NCBI RefSeq assembly: GCF_964213995.1
Contig: NC_135818.1
Coordinates: 53,258,001-53,322,000, forward strand
Source: Mustelus asterias
Taxonomy: Eukaryota
Reading direction: 5' to 3'
Length of the DNA stretch: 64,000 nucleotides
Below are positions 62,668-64,000 of this stretch, piece by piece; positions within the stretch are counted from its first letter, which is position 1, and every line of letters begins with the position of its first letter. The position numbers and the translations under genes were made by a program. A model generated the notes under the pieces. It saw only the letters and a program-made list of their open reading frames with translations. It was not told where the DNA came from and did not search any database.

Positions 62668-62700
62668 TAGCACCCCCTTCAACAACTTTAAGCAACTCTG
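62165..62700 (-). pseudogene. Harbinger DDE transposase relic
   Basis: PYPPR, RMALPVGVKVTMAMNFNA, and GFVRITGFP..GTID...V.......PEIYPN*KGFHS, with frameshifts and a stop. Confidence 0.7.
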
Positions 62701-64000
62701 AAAAGCACTAAATGCTTCTACAATGGCCACTAGAAACCAGCTAACAACTTACCTGTAAGTGGTTGATGGTCCCTTTAAATAGTGCCAGTGAAGAACATTT
62801 CAGCCATGGAAGCCTGATTTCAAGGTGTTATCTTAATTTTCAAGTGTCAGCATATTTCAAAGAAATTATAGTCTCCAACGAATGCATAGTGAGTGTCTGT
62901 TTTAAAATACTAGTGGTCATTTTGCCTCCAGTATTGTTTAAACTAACTCTCTGTGGCAATGGTATGCAAAGATTTGTTTTCATAACTAGCTTGTTAATTG
63001 ATTAGTTTTGAATCTGTAAAGACAGTAAATCAACCATCTTTACTGTGTAATTTTATATATGCTTATAGACTATTTCTAGTCTTGTGATCACTGCTATTGA
63101 TAGTGGTGGATCCTGACAAAGGAACTTTTTGTGAACAAATTGCTTTTAACATTTGATAGTTTAATGATTAGGTCCATTCATAGACACAGAATGATAAAGC
63201 ACAGAGGCTATTTGGTTCATTGTGCCTGTACCAGCTCTGTGGAAGAGCTATCCAATTAATCCCACTCCCCTGCTCTTTCCCTATGGCTCTGCATTTATTA
63301 ATGCTGATTCAAGCCAAGTGGTTCTGCCATTTATGTCTGTTCTTGAATTCAGTTTTCAGTCTTCCATGAATTCGTTATGGCTACTGGTCGAAAACACAAA
63401 ATTATCCGTAGTTTAGTGCTAAATTTTGCATCTTACTTTGAGGCCAATGGATGTCCATTTTGAAAAAACTTGACAGTTTCACTGGCAGTGTAGTGGGTGT
63501 TCCACTGAGGCTAATAGCTTCATGAGATGATAAGAGAAGTGTTTGAGAGGTGAGCTTATAGAAGTAAATAAGGTCACCTCTCAAACACTTCTCAACAGAA
63601 CCGGAATATCCCAGCACAAACAAGGACTGAAGACTTTGGCCAAAAAGCTTAATACAAAGAGTGACCATAACATGAAATGTGATTCTTATACAGGGCATTG
63701 GCTGCAAATATAATGGAATCATTTAAGAAACCATTGTATGGACATTGGGGGATTTTAGGGTCTTCAGGGCAAGTTATTAGTCTTGACTAAAGAGAGCTTT
63801 ACATTTATGGCCAACAGATGCTTTGGGACCTTTGTTGCTGATAATTTGTTGGGAAAAAGATAATATTTAAATAAAAATAGACACACAAAAACATATAGCT
63901 TATAAAATGGAAATTCTAAGCAAATACTTTAGAGCCTTGTATCTCCTTTCTGCCTAAGCTTCTTTTAAGCAATTATACTTTTGCTAAGGCGATTAATAGA

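Noticed and set aside
54200-64000. NIN or GINS1 coding exons
   Set aside because: I recognised no matching peptide. Isolated consensus donors (59076 plus; ~59168 and ~62751 minus) lie in or near repeat debris without supporting exons.

Overview
This is vertebrate genomic DNA, almost certainly from a shark or other cartilaginous fish, judging by the HE1-type V-SINEs, CR1/HER1-type LINEs and DeuSINEs. The + strand carries the last three coding exons of a glycogen phosphorylase gene, most like PYGL (2977-6186). Convergent with it on the - strand is a complete 13-exon ABHD12-family lipase, most likely ABHD12B. Its CDS runs 40792->13072, 1035 nt or 344 aa by my exon sum, with an intact Ser-Asp-His triad and one GC-AG intron, and an array of 11 GC boxes lies upstream. 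A second CpG-rich patch at about 53.9-54.2 kb has splice donors on both strands: a possible alternative ABHD12B exon 1 and a possible first exon of a divergent gene (NIN by synteny, inference only). The rest is dense, nested transposon debris: SINEs, CR1, Rex1/Babar, RTE, a Gmr1-type Gypsy LTR element, Harbinger relics (transposase, spliced Myb/SANT gene, TIR elements) and Penelope-like elements. The most notable signal is a set of Penelope-derived insertions carrying minimal hammerhead ribozyme motifs, including a family with the compensatory U3-A8 core variant. All coordinates were read by eye, repeat boundaries are approximate, and family names come from recalled similarity, not database searches.
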